Below, piece after piece: positions 1-9,534 of a stretch of 64,000 nt of DNA. The notes beneath the pieces are model-generated. The model was given only the letters and a program-made list of their open reading frames with translations. It searched no databases and had not been told where the DNA came from. Within the stretch, counting starts at the first letter, position 1. Each line of letters starts with the position of its first letter. Position numbers and translations under genes: made by a program. The DNA is from Nitrospirota bacterium. GTDB taxonomy: Bacteria; Nitrospirota; UBA9217. Location: contig CAVWHO010000016.1 in NCBI GenBank assembly GCA_963754875.1, positions 416,001 through 480,000 of the forward strand. Direction: 5' to 3'.

Positions 1-316
1 CTCTGACCGGCTCACGCACTCACGGAAAATCAAGCTAATGCCGAATGGAAATACATCCTCAATTCTTGCCTGGTGCTTTTGTCACGCTGGCGCTTCAACG
101 ATTTAAACTTCGCGGTCCTTGACGAACCTTTCAATCTCCCACCGCTTTCTCGGTTCAAACTGATACAACAGCCTGGGATAGTATCGGATCAATCCGGAAC
201 TTCCCTGCATAGATTACATTGCAGTGCAAGATATTTCTTGCTGCAAAAAAAACGGTGCGCCTCTGCATCGAAAAAATATTTTCATAAATAACAGCCATTT
301 AGCAACAACCACAATA

Positions 317-332
317 TGGCATGGCTATTGCT
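317..332 (+). promoter_or_regulatory. sigma-54 (-24/-12) promoter upstream of the MFS operon
   Basis: TGGCATGGCTATTGCT matches TGGCAC-N5-TTGC with GG-N10-GC spacing; dyad GCAAGA-tatt-TCTTGC at 226-241 is a candidate enhancer. Confidence 0.75.
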
Positions 333-383
333 CTAGGCATCGTCTAGGACGTAACCAACAAATCTTTAATTCCAGGTGAACCA

Positions 384-2132
384 ATGAAACCTAAATTAGA
401 AGCAATACGCAAAAGCATTCAGGAACGTCACGGCTGGAGGTGGTTTCTGCTTTTCACCGTTCTGCTGGGCGCCACCATGTCGGCCCTCGATGTCAGCATC
501 GTCAACGTGGCTATGCCGACGCTGAAGAACACGTTCGGGGTTTCGATGGCCGTCATAGAATGGGTGGCAATGGCGTATATGCTTACGCTGATCATTTTTC
601 TTCCGCTGTTCGGAAGACTCGCCGATATATTCGGCAGGTCGAAGCTCTATAATATCGGCTTTGTAGTTTTCTCCTTGGGTTCGCTTTTTTGCGGCATGTC
701 GACCACGGCGGGGTTCATGATCGCAGCCCGCATTATCCAGGCTGTCGGGGCCGGGCTTCTGCAAGCCAACTCCGTTGCCCTTATTACGAAGGCATTTCCG
801 GCAAACGAACGGGGTAAAGCTATCGGCATCCAGGCAGCTGTCCAGGCGATAGCGATGTCAGCAGGTCCTTTTATCGGAGGCATCCTCATAGCCACGATAG
901 GCTGGCAAGCGATCTTCTATGTGAATATCCCCATCGGCATAGTAGGGACAATTGCCGCCCTGTTCATTCTTCCGCGCGACCCGAGAGTCGATAAGAAGGA
1001 GAACGTTGATTACCTTGGGGCAACGCTATTTGCCTCAGGGCTGGCATGTATCGTGCTGGCCTTCAACGGGGGAGTAAAGCTCGAGTCAGGCTCTTTTACG
1101 ACCATCGTATTATTCATTCATGCCTGTATTCTGCTCGGCCTTTTCATCCTCACGGAATTGCGGGTTGAAAATCCTCTGATCGACCTCAAACTGTTCCAAA
1201 ACCGCACGTTCCTCGTCGGCAACCTGACCGGTATGTTGTCCTATTTTGTCCTGTTCGCAATCATGTTCCTGATGCCCTTTTATCTTGAAAAAGCGCTGGG
1301 CTACAGTGTCGCTCTGACCGGCTCCCTGCTGACCCCCCTTCTTCTTGCGATGGCGGTAACGGCCCCGTTCTCGGGCCACATCTCGGATAAATACGGTCCG
1401 AGGATAATTACAACTTCCGGCATGCTTCTTTCCACGCTGGCATGTTTCTCGATAATGTTGATGGGAGTGTCCGTGCACCTGCCCTTGCTGGCCGCAGTTT
1501 TGATACTCCTCGGGGTCGGCATGGGGATGTTTATTACGCCTAACAACAGCGCAGTCATAGGATCAGCCCCTCAGGAAAAACTGGGGATGGCCGGAGGAGT
1601 CCTCAACATGATGAGGTCCCTCGGGCTTATCTTCGGGGTGAACATTTCAGGACTGATATTTACTACTCTGGAGCGCAGGTACCTGTCCGACAACGGGTAT
1701 CCGAATGTTCAACGTGTATTCGGCAACACCGGCATTCCTGTGCCTGTCAAAGCCGGCGCATTTATGCACGGGTTCATGATGGTAATTACGGTCCTTATGG
1801 CAGTCACTATTTTATCGGCGCTCCTTTCCTCTGTCAGGAAAGTCAAAACAGCCGCCATTATAGATCATGAAGCGACGGAAACAGCGCTTGTTTCATCAGG
1901 ATTCTTTAACGGCTTCAGCAGGGAAAGAAGGGGAATGGCTTTATTTATAATGCTCCTTCTCTTTGCAGGCGTCACAGGAGCGTTCGCCTCTTCCCGGTCA
2001 ACGAGTGAGACCGTTTCCGCTTCGAAGACTGTGCAGAGCCAGCCTCTGGCTCCGGGCCACAGCTCAAACGGGCCTGGACAAAGAACCGGTATGCGTGACT
2101 GGGCCTTCGACCTTTTCTCCAATGTCAATTAA
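384..2132 (+). CDS. DHA2 (EmrB/QacA) family MFS efflux transporter with C-terminal extension
   Basis: Motifs LDVSIVNVAMP, GRLADIFGR, WQAIFYVNIPIG, PLIDLKLF; about 14 TM segments. Confidence 0.9.
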   Translation: MKPKLEAIRKSIQERHGWRWFLLFTVLLGATMSALDVSIVNVAMPTLKNTFGVSMAVIEWVAMAYMLTLIIFLPLFGRLADIFGRSKLYNIGFVVFSLGSLFCGMSTTAGFMIAARIIQAVGAGLLQANSVALITKAFPANERGKAIGIQAAVQAIAMSAGPFIGGILIATIGWQAIFYVNIPIGIVGTIAALFILPRDPRVDKKENVDYLGATLFASGLACIVLAFNGGVKLESGSFTTIVLFIHACILLGLFILTELRVENPLIDLKLFQNRTFLVGNLTGMLSYFVLFAIMFLMPFYLEKALGYSVALTGSLLTPLLLAMAVTAPFSGHISDKYGPRIITTSGMLLSTLACFSIMLMGVSVHLPLLAAVLILLGVGMGMFITPNNSAVIGSAPQEKLGMAGGVLNMMRSLGLIFGVNISGLIFTTLERRYLSDNGYPNVQRVFGNTGIPVPVKAGAFMHGFMMVITVLMAVTILSALLSSVRKVKTAAIIDHEATETALVSSGFFNGFSRERRGMALFIMLLLFAGVTGAFASSRSTSETVSASKTVQSQPLAPGHSSNGPGQRTGMRDWAFDLFSNVN

Positions 2133-2275
2133 GGAAATGGGATCCAAGTTACTAAAATTACTGCAACAGGAGGTTATCTATTCATGAGCAGTTCATAGTT
2201 ATCTGATTCGTTATTTTCTTTGCATGTTTCTTTTCGGAATCACAAATTTAAAATAAATTTCATGGAGGTTCGATC

Positions 2276-3040
2276 ATGGCGGCAAGTTGGCTGTTTTTAC
2301 TCACGTGTAGCTTAGGCGGTGCATTCTTATCCAGTCTTTTGGGAATAGGGGGGGCCATATTCATTATCCCCATAATTTTATTTTTTCAGAACAGCGTAAA
2401 TCTGAATCTGGAGATACATCAGATAAGCGCCCTTGCAACCCTTTTCGTCTTTGTTGCGGGCGTCGTCGGTTTTTGGGCGCATGGCAGGCATTATAAGATA
2501 GAAAAAAAGCTGGTGCTTATAACAGGCAGCGGCGCCGCTGTCGGCGCGCTCGCAGGGGGAGCTGTGCAATTCTATCTGCCTCATAATGTGATCCTGATTA
2601 CCTTCGTCGCACTGTTGTTCCTTATCGGCGGGTTGATGATCTGGCCGATCAAGAATGAGAGTACGGAGATGCCCGAGTATTCCTTGGCCAAAGCGGCTAT
2701 CGGCTGCGTGATAGGAGGCTTCCTGGCAGGCATGGTGGGCATCGGGGGAGGCACGATACTTGTGCCCTTTATGATAGTATTTCTTCGCATTCCTACCAGG
2801 CCGGCCATCTCAACCGGACTGGCCCTGGTGATGCTCGCGGGCTTTTTCGGATTGATCGGCCGGCTGGGACATGCTTCCACTGTTCCCTGGACGTTGGGCA
2901 TCCCCCTTGTGCTCGGCATTCTTCCCGGCAGTCTGCTCGGAACGTATACGAACAAGCGGATGCCGACAGCCATTTTACGTAAAAGTTTTGCGGTGATGAT
3001 CCTGATGCTGGCAGTACAACAGGTCACGAGATTTTTTTGA
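2276..3040 (+). CDS. TauE/SafE sulfite exporter family protein
   Basis: Duplicated G(I/V)GGG...P motifs (LGIGGAIFIIP, VGIGGGTILVP); hydrophobic 254 aa. Confidence 0.85.
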   Translation: MAASWLFLLTCSLGGAFLSSLLGIGGAIFIIPIILFFQNSVNLNLEIHQISALATLFVFVAGVVGFWAHGRHYKIEKKLVLITGSGAAVGALAGGAVQFYLPHNVILITFVALLFLIGGLMIWPIKNESTEMPEYSLAKAAIGCVIGGFLAGMVGIGGGTILVPFMIVFLRIPTRPAISTGLALVMLAGFFGLIGRLGHASTVPWTLGIPLVLGILPGSLLGTYTNKRMPTAILRKSFAVMILMLAVQQVTRFF

Positions 3041-3065
3041 AAATTTCAGAGGAGTTATTTGAACA

Positions 3066-4682
3066 ATGTCAACGAAGGGAAATGGATCAACATCTAACAG
3101 TTATATAAAAAACCTCCTGCAGCATTGGCAGGATTTCCGCCTGAAGCTTTTTGTTGAAGGTATTTTAGTCGGAGCTTTTGCCGGTTTTGTCGTGGTTGGT
3201 TTCAGACTTGTGCTGGCCTGGGTGAGTCCGCAAAGGGACAAGCTATTTGCCTTTCTTGAATCGGGCGCTTTCGGCTGGACCGTGCTGTCGTTTGCATGCC
3301 TCATCGGGATTGGCTTGATTTTGTCCTGGCTGATCAAGAAGGTCCCCATGTCGACCGGCAGCGGCATCCCGCAGGTTAAAGGCATTCTGGCAGGATTACT
3401 GAAGGCAACAAGCTGGGTTAACATAATCGGGGCAAAGTTCATCGGCGGTGTGTTAGGAATCGGGGCCGGCCTTTCTTTAGGCCGGGAAGGCCCGTCCGTA
3501 CAATTAGGAGCAGCGGCGGGTCAGGGGGTCAGCAGGCTTTTGAGACGCCCCGCTCTGGAGGAAAAATATCTGCTCACCAGCGGGGCAGCCGCAGGGCTGT
3601 CTGCCGCTTTCAATGCCCCTCTGGCCGGGGTGGTGTTTGCCCTGGAAGAACTGCACAAAAACTTTTCGCCGGTAGTGCTGGCCACTACCGTGGCCGCCTC
3701 GGTTACCGCAGACCTTGTCACCCGCATTTTTTGCGGACAAGAAGCGGTATTTGGTTTTCACAATCTTTCAGTGCTGCCTTTTCAGTATTACCTGTACGTT
3801 GTGATGCTGGGCCTTATAGTCGGAGTTTCCGGTGTATTGTTCAACTCCGGCCTGGTTAAATCCCAGATGTTTTACGAGAAACTGCACTGGATGCCATCCT
3901 GGTTGAAGCCTGCACTTCCTCTGGCAGCGGCCGGATTCCTGGGATTTGTCATGCCCCAGGCATTGGGAGGCGGCGCCCGGTTGATTAATTCGCTGCCACA
4001 GATGCATTACGCGCTCTCCATACTGATGGTTATTTTCGCTGTTAAATTTTTGTTTACCGTGTTCAGTTACGGTACGGGCGTCCCGGGCGGCATTTTCATG
4101 CCGCTTTTAGCCATCGGCGCGGTAACCGGGAACGTGTACGGCAACATTGTAGCACAATATCTTCATGTTGATCCTATTTACGTCAACAACTTCATTATCC
4201 TGGCAATGGCCGCACATTTCAGCGCCATCGTCAAAGCGCCCATTACAGGGAGCATCCTGATCCTGGAAATGACCGGCAGCTTCGAGCAGCTTTTACCTCT
4301 CATTACCGTCTGCATGTCCGCCTATATTGCCAGTGATTTGCTGGAAGGCAAGCCTATTTACGATGTTCTGCTCAATCGGATGATGGCGAAACGAAGATCG
4401 GCCCAGGAGCCAGGCCCTCAGGATCATGATGGGGAGATGCATATTGTGGAAAAAATAGTCGGCCTGGAGGCCCCCGTTTGCGACAGCAAGGTATGTGATA
4501 TTGAATGGCCGGAGAACAGTCTTTTGGTGGGCATCAGACGAGGGGACGAAGAGATGATCCCGGCCCGGGACACCATTATTTATCCCGGCGATTATTTGAT
4601 AGTAATGTCCGGAACAGCGAAGCTTTCACATGTGCACGCGTCTTTACAGGAACTGACTGGTGAAGAGAAAACCGATAATTAA
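3066..4682 (+). CDS. clcA: ClC family H+/Cl- antiporter with C-terminal TrkA-C/RCK domain
   Basis: GSGIP, GREGP, FNAPLAG, LEE and GIFMP signatures; C-terminal IRRGDEEMIPARDTIIYPGD. Confidence 0.9.
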   Translation: MSTKGNGSTSNSYIKNLLQHWQDFRLKLFVEGILVGAFAGFVVVGFRLVLAWVSPQRDKLFAFLESGAFGWTVLSFACLIGIGLILSWLIKKVPMSTGSGIPQVKGILAGLLKATSWVNIIGAKFIGGVLGIGAGLSLGREGPSVQLGAAAGQGVSRLLRRPALEEKYLLTSGAAAGLSAAFNAPLAGVVFALEELHKNFSPVVLATTVAASVTADLVTRIFCGQEAVFGFHNLSVLPFQYYLYVVMLGLIVGVSGVLFNSGLVKSQMFYEKLHWMPSWLKPALPLAAAGFLGFVMPQALGGGARLINSLPQMHYALSILMVIFAVKFLFTVFSYGTGVPGGIFMPLLAIGAVTGNVYGNIVAQYLHVDPIYVNNFIILAMAAHFSAIVKAPITGSILILEMTGSFEQLLPLITVCMSAYIASDLLEGKPIYDVLLNRMMAKRRSAQEPGPQDHDGEMHIVEKIVGLEAPVCDSKVCDIEWPENSLLVGIRRGDEEMIPARDTIIYPGDYLIVMSGTAKLSHVHASLQELTGEEKTDN

Positions 4683-5232
4683 AGACAGCGGCCCGGGAAA
4701 GTCGAATATGCCTGGAACAATGGTACGGGACATCATGACGACCATTGACGGCTATAGCGCCGTGAATGATGACGCGGACCTCAAGGAAGCGATAAAAGTC
4801 CTTCAGGGATCTTTTTACCGTGACGACAAAGGAATTGTTTGCGGACACTCGTCCGTCCTGGTAATCGATAAGGCCGAAAAATTAACAGGCATTCTGACCA
4901 TTCAGTGCATGCTGAAGGCTATAGACAGAAAATCGGCTGAACTGGGCCTGCCTCCGGGCGGCCTTTTCAGCCGGCTTTCCCTGCTGCACAGGATGCTGGC
5001 TCAAATACCGGTGCGGGAGGCCATGAGCCCGGTTGTAAAAACAGGAGTGAAGGACGATGAAAGCGCCGGTCAGGCCATCCGAAAACTGCTGGAAAGCGAG
5101 GCCAGGATTTTACCGGTGATCCGCGAGGGTAACGTGGTGGGCATCGTAAGCTCCATTGATTTATTGCAAAGTGTCGGCCAGGTATTGGGCGAAAAGCAAG
5201 GAGTAATTCTCAGCTTTTTAACGGTCTCATAA
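4660..5232 (+). CDS. CBS domain pair protein (alternative ATG at 4708)
   Basis: VRDIMT, VLVID..LTGILT, VREAMSP, LPVIREGNVVGIVSSIDL. Confidence 0.8.
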   Translation: MKRKPIIKDSGPGKSNMPGTMVRDIMTTIDGYSAVNDDADLKEAIKVLQGSFYRDDKGIVCGHSSVLVIDKAEKLTGILTIQCMLKAIDRKSAELGLPPGGLFSRLSLLHRMLAQIPVREAMSPVVKTGVKDDESAGQAIRKLLESEARILPVIREGNVVGIVSSIDLLQSVGQVLGEKQGVILSFLTVS

Positions 5233-5278
5233 CGGCAGGGAAGCTCGCTTTTGCCGAAGAGAACCAGAAAGGGGCCTT

Positions 5279-5830
5279 ATGAAATTACATGATGCATGGT
5301 CATATATTAAATCGATGAGATGCTCCACGGTGGAAATTTCGGGATCGGCCATCAGCCAACTCGAGGGAGGAACTGTCGTCGCGAGCGTTCCGAAGGTAGA
5401 AATACGGGAGGTCACTCTGTGCCACGATTCGCAATCCCGTTATCCGTTTCTGCGCTTTTTCACCGGGTTCGTGCTCATTCTTTTCGGGCTTATTCTTTTT
5501 GCCGACGCCTTCCTGAAAGCCGAGGGCGGCGTCGTCCTCGTCCATATAAAATCCTTTACTCTCGGAATCCCGGTCATTCCCATCCTTCTCTGCGGGTTGA
5601 TCGGCGGAGGCGTCTGGCTTATCAGGGGTGTTTTCCGGGGAAGATTTAATTTTTTGATCAAGTCCGTCAACGGAGACCGAAAAATATTCTTCGGAGAATC
5701 GACCGATGTCAAAGAAATCCGGGACTTTGTCGGCAGGGCAGTCCATGAATTCGGATACGAGATTGACGCCTCGCTGTTCGATACGATGCTCTTCGAGCAG
5801 GCGCCTCAAAAGCGGATGACGCTTTCTTAA
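5279..5830 (+). CDS. hypothetical membrane protein (2 TM)
   Basis: ORF with SD-like AAGGGG upstream and two hydrophobic helices. Confidence 0.55.
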   Translation: MKLHDAWSYIKSMRCSTVEISGSAISQLEGGTVVASVPKVEIREVTLCHDSQSRYPFLRFFTGFVLILFGLILFADAFLKAEGGVVLVHIKSFTLGIPVIPILLCGLIGGGVWLIRGVFRGRFNFLIKSVNGDRKIFFGESTDVKEIRDFVGRAVHEFGYEIDASLFDTMLFEQAPQKRMTLS

Positions 5831-6681
5831 CGTTTATCAGTTTCAGCTCTCCAGGCCGCTGCGATCTTTTCGGCATCCAGGTCCGGAATATCCGTATTGG
5901 CGTCGTATGTTTTTAACGTGTCTGTAATTTTATTGATAATTTCCTCGGCATTTTTCTTGTTTTCTTCGCTTGCGGCCATGAGCCGTATGGTATTTTGCCA
6001 AAAAGAGACCTCTTTCGCATAATCGGAAATCCTGGCCAGCAGAAGTAATTTTAATTTCGTGTAATAACTCTCGATATCCTCGATTCTTTTCTTCAGTAAA
6101 TCATTTTGGGATTTACTTTCCCTGCTGAGATGTTTAAATTCCCAATGAATTTTAGCTCTGTTAGCTTCATGAATATAATAAAAAATAAACATCATCATCG
6201 CATAAAGCGCAGCCGCAATCAGCGCATTTTTAAGAGCCGACCACAAATGTGAAGTCAAGTCGTATTCAGATTTGAATTTGAGCCCTAACGACTCGGCATT
6301 CATAACGGAGACGGGTATATCGGGTGCCTGAGTGCTTACCAGAATAGTTAATCTCGTCAGGGTATGCGGCGGAATTTTGGATATCTGAAAATATCTTTTT
6401 GACGATTTAGTAGCGATCGATTCTATAACTTCGACCTGCTCGGATGCAAATATATCTGAGACGGTGATCGTTTTAGGGGTCTTAATTAAGAGGCCATTAA
6501 TTAAATTATCAGTGTAGTTCGCACACGTAACTATTACATATGCCTGCCCGTTTATCAATGTCGCGTCGCTGACGCTCACGGTCCCCTTTGCATCATCAAA
6601 ATATTCAACTGCCGTATTTAATGTCAAAGTTGCTATAAACGTAATCACGACAGCTATTGCAATATTGAAGTATTTACCCAT
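5827..6681 (-). CDS. hypothetical membrane-anchored protein, AT-rich
   Basis: 284 aa with AAGGAG SD; N-terminal and central TM, coiled-coil C-terminus; upstream TTGACG-17-TACAAT promoter. Confidence 0.7.
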   Translation of the reverse strand: MGKYFNIAIAVVITFIATLTLNTAVEYFDDAKGTVSVSDATLINGQAYVIVTCANYTDNLINGLLIKTPKTITVSDIFASEQVEVIESIATKSSKRYFQISKIPPHTLTRLTILVSTQAPDIPVSVMNAESLGLKFKSEYDLTSHLWSALKNALIAAALYAMMMFIFYYIHEANRAKIHWEFKHLSRESKSQNDLLKKRIEDIESYYTKLKLLLLARISDYAKEVSFWQNTIRLMAASEENKKNAEEIINKITDTLKTYDANTDIPDLDAEKIAAAWRAETDKR

Positions 6682-7044
6682 ATAATGCGCTCCTTTGTCC
6701 TACTCCGTTTCCCGAACAGGGAGATCGGAAAACCATGTCGATACCTTGTCATAATTGTAATATGAACCGGCCGATGCGTCAAACAAAAAATTGCATCCGG
6801 GTTGACAAATGCATATCGACAGGAGGGTAGCCAGCCGCGAAGCTCGGTCGGCATAAATTGATTATACGAGCTTCAGGCATATTACAAGCGGAAGTTTGCA
6901 GAAGTATAAAAGAGGGCCGACTCCATCTTTGCAGATAAAGGCTGCAATTGCCGGACGCTGCAATTTTTGCAGACTTTCCGGGATTCGTTGAAGGTTCAAT
7001 TTATCGAAACTTGTTTTGATTGCAGGTGAACTTCACCGGTCCCA

Positions 7045-8940
7045 CTACCCCTTCAGCGCTTCCAATTCCTCCCACCGTTTATAGACCTCGGAAAGCTCTT
7101 TTTCCACTGCCTCAAGCCGCGCTTTTGTTTCAGCCACCTTTTTGCCGCTCTCACGGTAGAAGGCAGGATCAGCCATGGTCGCAGTGATCTGCTGCTGTTC
7201 GGCATCAAGTCCTTCAATGCGCTTCGGCAGAACGTCTAGCTCTTTCTGCTCCTTGAAGGTGAGCTTCCGGGGCTTCTCTTTTAGCTGGCCCGGCGCAGGC
7301 TTTTGCTCTTCCTGTTTGACGGGAGCGGCCAGGACCTCGCTCTTCCTCCGCTTCTGGCGCAGCCAGTCGTCGTACCCGCCCACGTATTCGTTCACCCTGC
7401 CTTCGCCTTCAAGCACCAGCGTACTCGTGACCACGTTGTTGATGAACGCGCGGTCGTGGCTCACGAGGAGCACGGTGCCCGGATAGTCCATCAGGAGCTC
7501 TTCGAGAAGATCGAGGGTCTCGATGTCCAGGTCGTTTGTGGGCTCGTCGAGTACAAGCACGTTCGAGGGCTGGGTAAAGAGCTTCGCAAGCAGCAGCCGG
7601 TTCCGTTCTCCGCCTGACAGGACCTTTACGGGACTTCGCGCGCGTGCCGGCGCGAACAGGAAATCCTGCAAATAGCCAATGACGTGGCGCTGGTTGCCGT
7701 TGATGGTCACGTGATCGCTGCCATAGGCCACGTTGTCCTGGACGGTTTTTTCATCGTCGAGCTGGGCCCGGTGCTGGTCCAGGTAAGCGACTTCGAGATT
7801 CGTGCCGTGCTTCACCGTGCCTTTCTGAGGTTTCAGCTCCCCGAGCAATATCTTGAGCAGAGTCGTCTTGCCCGAGCCGTTCGGGCCGATGATGCCGATC
7901 TTGTCCCCGCGGATGATGGTCGTTGAAAAGTCGCGGATGATCGTACGGTCGTTGTACGCGTGGCTTACGTGGGTCGCTTCGATGACGAGCTTTCCCGTGC
8001 GCTCGGCCTCCTGCATCTGCATGCGCGCCGTACCCGTGACCTCCCGCCGTTCGCTCCTGATCCTCCGCAAGTCCTTGAGGGCACGCACGCGGCCTTCATT
8101 CCTTGTCCTGCGCGCCTTGACGCCCTGGCGGATCCAGACCTCCTCGGTGGCAAGCTTCTTGTCGAACTTTGCATTCTCCACCGCCTCCGCGTCGAGCGCC
8201 GCCTGCTTGAGTTCAAGGTAGGACTGATAATTCCCGGGCCAGCTCGTGAGCCGCCCCCGGTCGAGGTCCACGATCCGGGTTGCCAGTTTCTGGAGCAGTG
8301 CGCGGTCGTGGGTCACGAACAACAACGTGCCGCCGAAGGTCAGCAGGAACTCTTCGAGCCATGCGATGGCGTCGATATCGAGATGGTTCGTGGGCTCGTC
8401 AAGGAGAAGAAGGTCCGGCTCGCCTGCCAGGGCCTTCGCGAGCAGAACGCGGCGCTTGAGGCCGCCGGAGAGTTCGGAGAACTCGGCGTCTTCGGGAAGT
8501 TGGAGCCGCGTCAGGATCTCCTCGACCTTCTGCTGCATCTGCCAGCCTCCGGCTGCTTCGAACTTGTGCTGGACATCTTCGAGTTCGGCCATCAGCTTTT
8601 CACTGTGGTCATGGGCCAGCCTGGCGCTCACGTGATGATACTGGGCGAGCAGTTTCCCTTGCTCGCCGAAGGCTGCCGAGACGACGTCGAACACGCTGCC
8701 GAAGAGCTTCTGCGGAACTTCCTGGGTCAAAAGCGTGATGCGGACGTTCTGCTGGGACACGATCTTCCCGCTGTCGGGCCTTACTTCGCGGGCAATGAGC
8801 CGCATGATCGTGGACTTGCCCGTGCCGTTCCTGCCGACAAGGCAGACCCGCTCACCCCGGTCGATGGACAAATCGACGCCTTCGAGAAGCCGGGGCCCGC
8901 CGAAGCTGACGTTCACTCCCTGTAAACTGACTAATGCCAT
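7045..8940 (-). CDS. uup: ABC-F family ATPase Uup
   Basis: Two ABC cassettes (GRNGTGKS/LSGG/LDEPTNHLD; GPNGSGKT/LSGGE/LDEPTNDLD), WIRQGVKARRTRNEGRVRAL linker, coiled-coil CTD; ATG at 8940 with GGAG SD. Confidence 0.92.
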   Translation of the reverse strand: MALVSLQGVNVSFGGPRLLEGVDLSIDRGERVCLVGRNGTGKSTIMRLIAREVRPDSGKIVSQQNVRITLLTQEVPQKLFGSVFDVVSAAFGEQGKLLAQYHHVSARLAHDHSEKLMAELEDVQHKFEAAGGWQMQQKVEEILTRLQLPEDAEFSELSGGLKRRVLLAKALAGEPDLLLLDEPTNHLDIDAIAWLEEFLLTFGGTLLFVTHDRALLQKLATRIVDLDRGRLTSWPGNYQSYLELKQAALDAEAVENAKFDKKLATEEVWIRQGVKARRTRNEGRVRALKDLRRIRSERREVTGTARMQMQEAERTGKLVIEATHVSHAYNDRTIIRDFSTTIIRGDKIGIIGPNGSGKTTLLKILLGELKPQKGTVKHGTNLEVAYLDQHRAQLDDEKTVQDNVAYGSDHVTINGNQRHVIGYLQDFLFAPARARSPVKVLSGGERNRLLLAKLFTQPSNVLVLDEPTNDLDIETLDLLEELLMDYPGTVLLVSHDRAFINNVVTSTLVLEGEGRVNEYVGGYDDWLRQKRRKSEVLAAPVKQEEQKPAPGQLKEKPRKLTFKEQKELDVLPKRIEGLDAEQQQITATMADPAFYRESGKKVAETKARLEAVEKELSEVYKRWEELEALKG

Positions 8941-9173
8941 CAAATACTCCGTTCTTTCTCCACTGCTGTGCCCGCACAATGTACCGTGAGCGGGCGTGAA
9001 TTGCAATTGAAATCATTTGAAAACAGGGGGATCAAAGGTTACGATAAATTCGGGACTCCCGTAGGAACACCGGATGAACTGATTTTCCTGCGGCTCAGGC
9101 CCGGTTGTCCGTTGTAACGGAGGGCCGTGCTGTGATAGAGTGGGAATACACATTGACGGGAGTGGAACTGATA

Positions 9174-9395
9174 TTGAACACGAAAGAACAGCAGATTATA
9201 GACGGGTTGAAAATCATATGCCAGTGCAAAGGCATCAGGAAGAGTGTCTTTCTCAGACACATCAAGGCAGGCCGGAAGACCGTCGCGGAGTTGCAGAAAG
9301 CCACCGGTGCAGGCTCCGGCTCGTGCAAGGGGAAACAATGCACCGCGCGCATTATCGAGCTGCTCGCGTCAGAGCAGAAGAAAGGAGACCATTAA
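9174..9395 (+). CDS. BFD-like (2Fe-2S)-binding protein
   Basis: ICQCKGI...ATGAGSGSCKGKQC; TTG start at 9174 inferred from upstream GGAG. Confidence 0.75.
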   Translation: MNTKEQQIIDGLKIICQCKGIRKSVFLRHIKAGRKTVAELQKATGAGSGSCKGKQCTARIIELLASEQKKGDH

Positions 9396-9534
9396 TGTAA
9401 ATTTGTACGGTCAACTTTCACCTACAAGTTTGCAGTATCCTTGACAAAGAAAATATCCAAAATACCAGCTAAAACTTGCAACGTAGATGACTCCAAAGTT
9501 TGTATTGCGTCCCGGCGCCGGATCATGCCCCAGT

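Noticed and set aside
2070..2105. YHS-like 'DKEPVC' motif in an alternative frame of the MFS tail
   Set aside because: Match too short, with no following YHS residues
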